This document shows, piece after piece, positions 62,741-64,000 of a stretch of DNA of 64,000 nt (positions are counted from its first letter, which is position 1; each line of letters opens with the position of its first letter). Both the position numbers and the translations under genes were made by a program. Under the pieces are notes generated by a model that was not told where the DNA came from, did no database searches, and saw only the letters and a program-made list of their open reading frames with translations. Origin of the DNA: Iphione sp. A-MEVVRFRX5 (lineage: Eukaryota); the NCBI GenBank assembly GCA_976226885.1, contig OZ320315.1, positions 40,858,001 through 40,922,000 on the forward strand. Reading direction: 5' to 3'.

Positions 62741-63891
62741 CCGGTTCGACTGCCCGTTGCTGGACCTTGTTCCAACTGCCTCTCCAGCTGGTCTAGCTTC
62801 TTAGCGAGCCGGTCCAAAAAGTCATCTTCTCGTTTGGCCCGGGCGTCTCCCTCCACCGTCGACAGCGAGTGGCAGCCAGCCCTTCCGCCATAGGCCTTCC
62901 CGGTTGGTTCCCTTTCCCTCCGGCCCTGGAAATAGGCCTCCCCGAAGAGGGCCTCTGATACTGCCGCGCGGAAGTTGGCCACCCTCCGCTGCACCACCCA
63001 CTTCCTCACCTTCTCATCCGCAATTGCCTGGATGAAGCTATCCTGGCAGAGCTCATCTGCCCATTGTCCTCGAACCCCCGGGTACGCCCGTTTCACCAGG
63101 TTCTCCACTTCATCGGCCAGTTGGGATAAGTCGGCCTCGCCTTGCTTGTGGGTCTTTAACTGCTGTTTAAATAGGTCCACCTGATCTGGCGACCGGAAGC
63201 GACTGCGGAGGGCCTCCACCAACTTCTGGTAGGCCCGTGGATCATGGACCCGCACGCCGGAGTTCCGCATGGTGGTCTGTGCCGGACCACGGAGACTGAT
63301 TCCGAGATGAATGGCCTTCTCCTTGGCGGACCATCGATTAGCGGCGGCGGCGAGGCCGAAGTGGTGAAGGTAATCGTCAAGGTCCGTCGAGCCATCGTTT
63401 GGCTTGGGCTTAGCTCTACCCTTCCGGGGCCGCTCATCTGAGTCTTCTCCTGTTTCCTCTTCCTCCTCCTCCTCCTCCTCTTCTGACTCCTGGTGGGGGT
63501 CTTCCCCTTCGGGGAGTTCCTCTTCTCTTCCGGCTGGCTGTCCCTCCCCCGTGCCGGGGGCCCCCGCCACCCCGGGGTCCTCCGCAGGGTGGGCCCCTGC
63601 CGAGCCGTCTTCACCGCTCCTTGGGGGGGAAGCCGATTCCCCCTCGGTACCTTCGCCCCCTCCCCATAGCCTCGAAGGGGTGCGTACGGGGCGCGGCCTC
63701 CCAGTGGGCAGTTGCGCCTCCTCTCCCCCGTCGGCGTCCTCCGCAGTTGCCCTGCGGGTAACCCTCCGCGTCCCGGCTGCCGTGGCTGCTTTCTGCGGAG
63801 GGGGTGTTTGCTCCCTTTCGGGGCCTCGATTCGTCGGCCCCGAGGTTCCCCTCCGCATCCCACTTCTGACACCAATGTTGGCCTCCGCCAT
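62650..63891 (-). CDS. gag: Gag protein, 413 aa
   Basis: Acidic/low-complexity N-terminus; capsid-like DLDDYLHHFGLAAAANRWSAKEK...LRGPA; nucleocapsid CFRCGKEGHFKRDC (CCHC). Confidence 0.93.
   Translation of the reverse strand: MAEANIGVRSGMRRGTSGPTNRGPEREQTPPPQKAATAAGTRRVTRRATAEDADGGEEAQLPTGRPRPVRTPSRLWGGGEGTEGESASPPRSGEDGSAGAHPAEDPGVAGAPGTGEGQPAGREEELPEGEDPHQESEEEEEEEEEETGEDSDERPRKGRAKPKPNDGSTDLDDYLHHFGLAAAANRWSAKEKAIHLGISLRGPAQTTMRNSGVRVHDPRAYQKLVEALRSRFRSPDQVDLFKQQLKTHKQGEADLSQLADEVENLVKRAYPGVRGQWADELCQDSFIQAIADEKVRKWVVQRRVANFRAAVSEALFGEAYFQGRREREPTGKAYGGRAGCHSLSTVEGDARAKREDDFLDRLAKKLDQLERQLEQGPATGSRTGCFRCGKEGHFKRDCPSRPKLAENDVPPSL
63857..63874 (-). other. Primer binding site, tRNA-Leu
   Basis: TGGTGTCAGAAGTGGGAT, 1 nt from the LTR end, is complementary to the metazoan tRNA-Leu(CAA) 3' end ATCCCACTTCTGACACCA (recalled, not searched). 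Confidence 0.88.
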
Positions 63892-64000
63892 AATGAAGAC
63901 GACATAAGTTGAGGAGAATGATGTTTATTGCTGAAGAGCTCCGACACAACTGACAGCGAATCCAAAATACAACGCATTTATATAGCAAATTGAAACCCTC
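63876..64000 (-). repeat. 5' LTR (R/U5 part and TATA; rest outside window)
   Basis: 123/125 identical to 55380-55504; the full LTR is expected to end near 64088. Confidence 0.95.

Larger units (their letters stand above)
55380..64000 (-). mobile_element. Young Ty3/Gypsy LTR retrotransposon with an extra zinc-finger module (5' LTR truncated by window end)
   Basis: Two LTR copies, PBS, PPT, gag with CCHC knuckle, and pol in PR-RT-RH-IN order. The LTRs differ at 2 of the 125 comparable bases. Confidence 0.97.

Noticed and set aside
63156-63905. 249-codon alternative frame overlapping gag from an upstream ATG at 63905
   Set aside because: Weak start context, R/G/P-rich composition and stop-poor GC-rich DNA; would need conservation or Ribo-seq evidence.

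Overview
Eukaryotic scaffold, probably from an invertebrate animal (inferred from repeat content only), with two N gaps. About 55 kb is intergenic or intronic DNA full of decayed non-LTR (LINE, Penelope-like), DIRS-like, Harbinger-like and Gypsy-like relics, plus two TIR-bounded MITEs, a Penelope-type minimal hammerhead ribozyme motif, and one credible intronless host ORF of unknown function (15223-16284, minus). From 55380 to the window end lies a young, nearly intact Ty3/Gypsy LTR retrotransposon on the minus strand: 213-bp LTR, tRNA-Leu PBS, PPT, gag, a -1 frameshift signal and PR-RT-RH-IN. The main finding is in this element. After integrase the ORF continues into a two-finger C2H2 zinc-finger protein that has its own textbook internal Pol II promoter (GC box, CCAAT, TATA, Inr, Kozak ATG). 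The finger helices RKDNLKR and RKDDLRR predict binding to 5'-GCGGAG(G/T)-3'. The heptamer GCGGAGG occurs 5 times in the LTR U3, 7 times in the internal promoter, in the 3' tandem array, and about 49 times across the 8.6-kb element, against about 6 times in the other 55 kb (hand counts). This suggests a retrotransposon-encoded, self-targeting transcription or anti-silencing factor. The motifs are seen in sequence; binding and function are inference, and novelty is unchecked.
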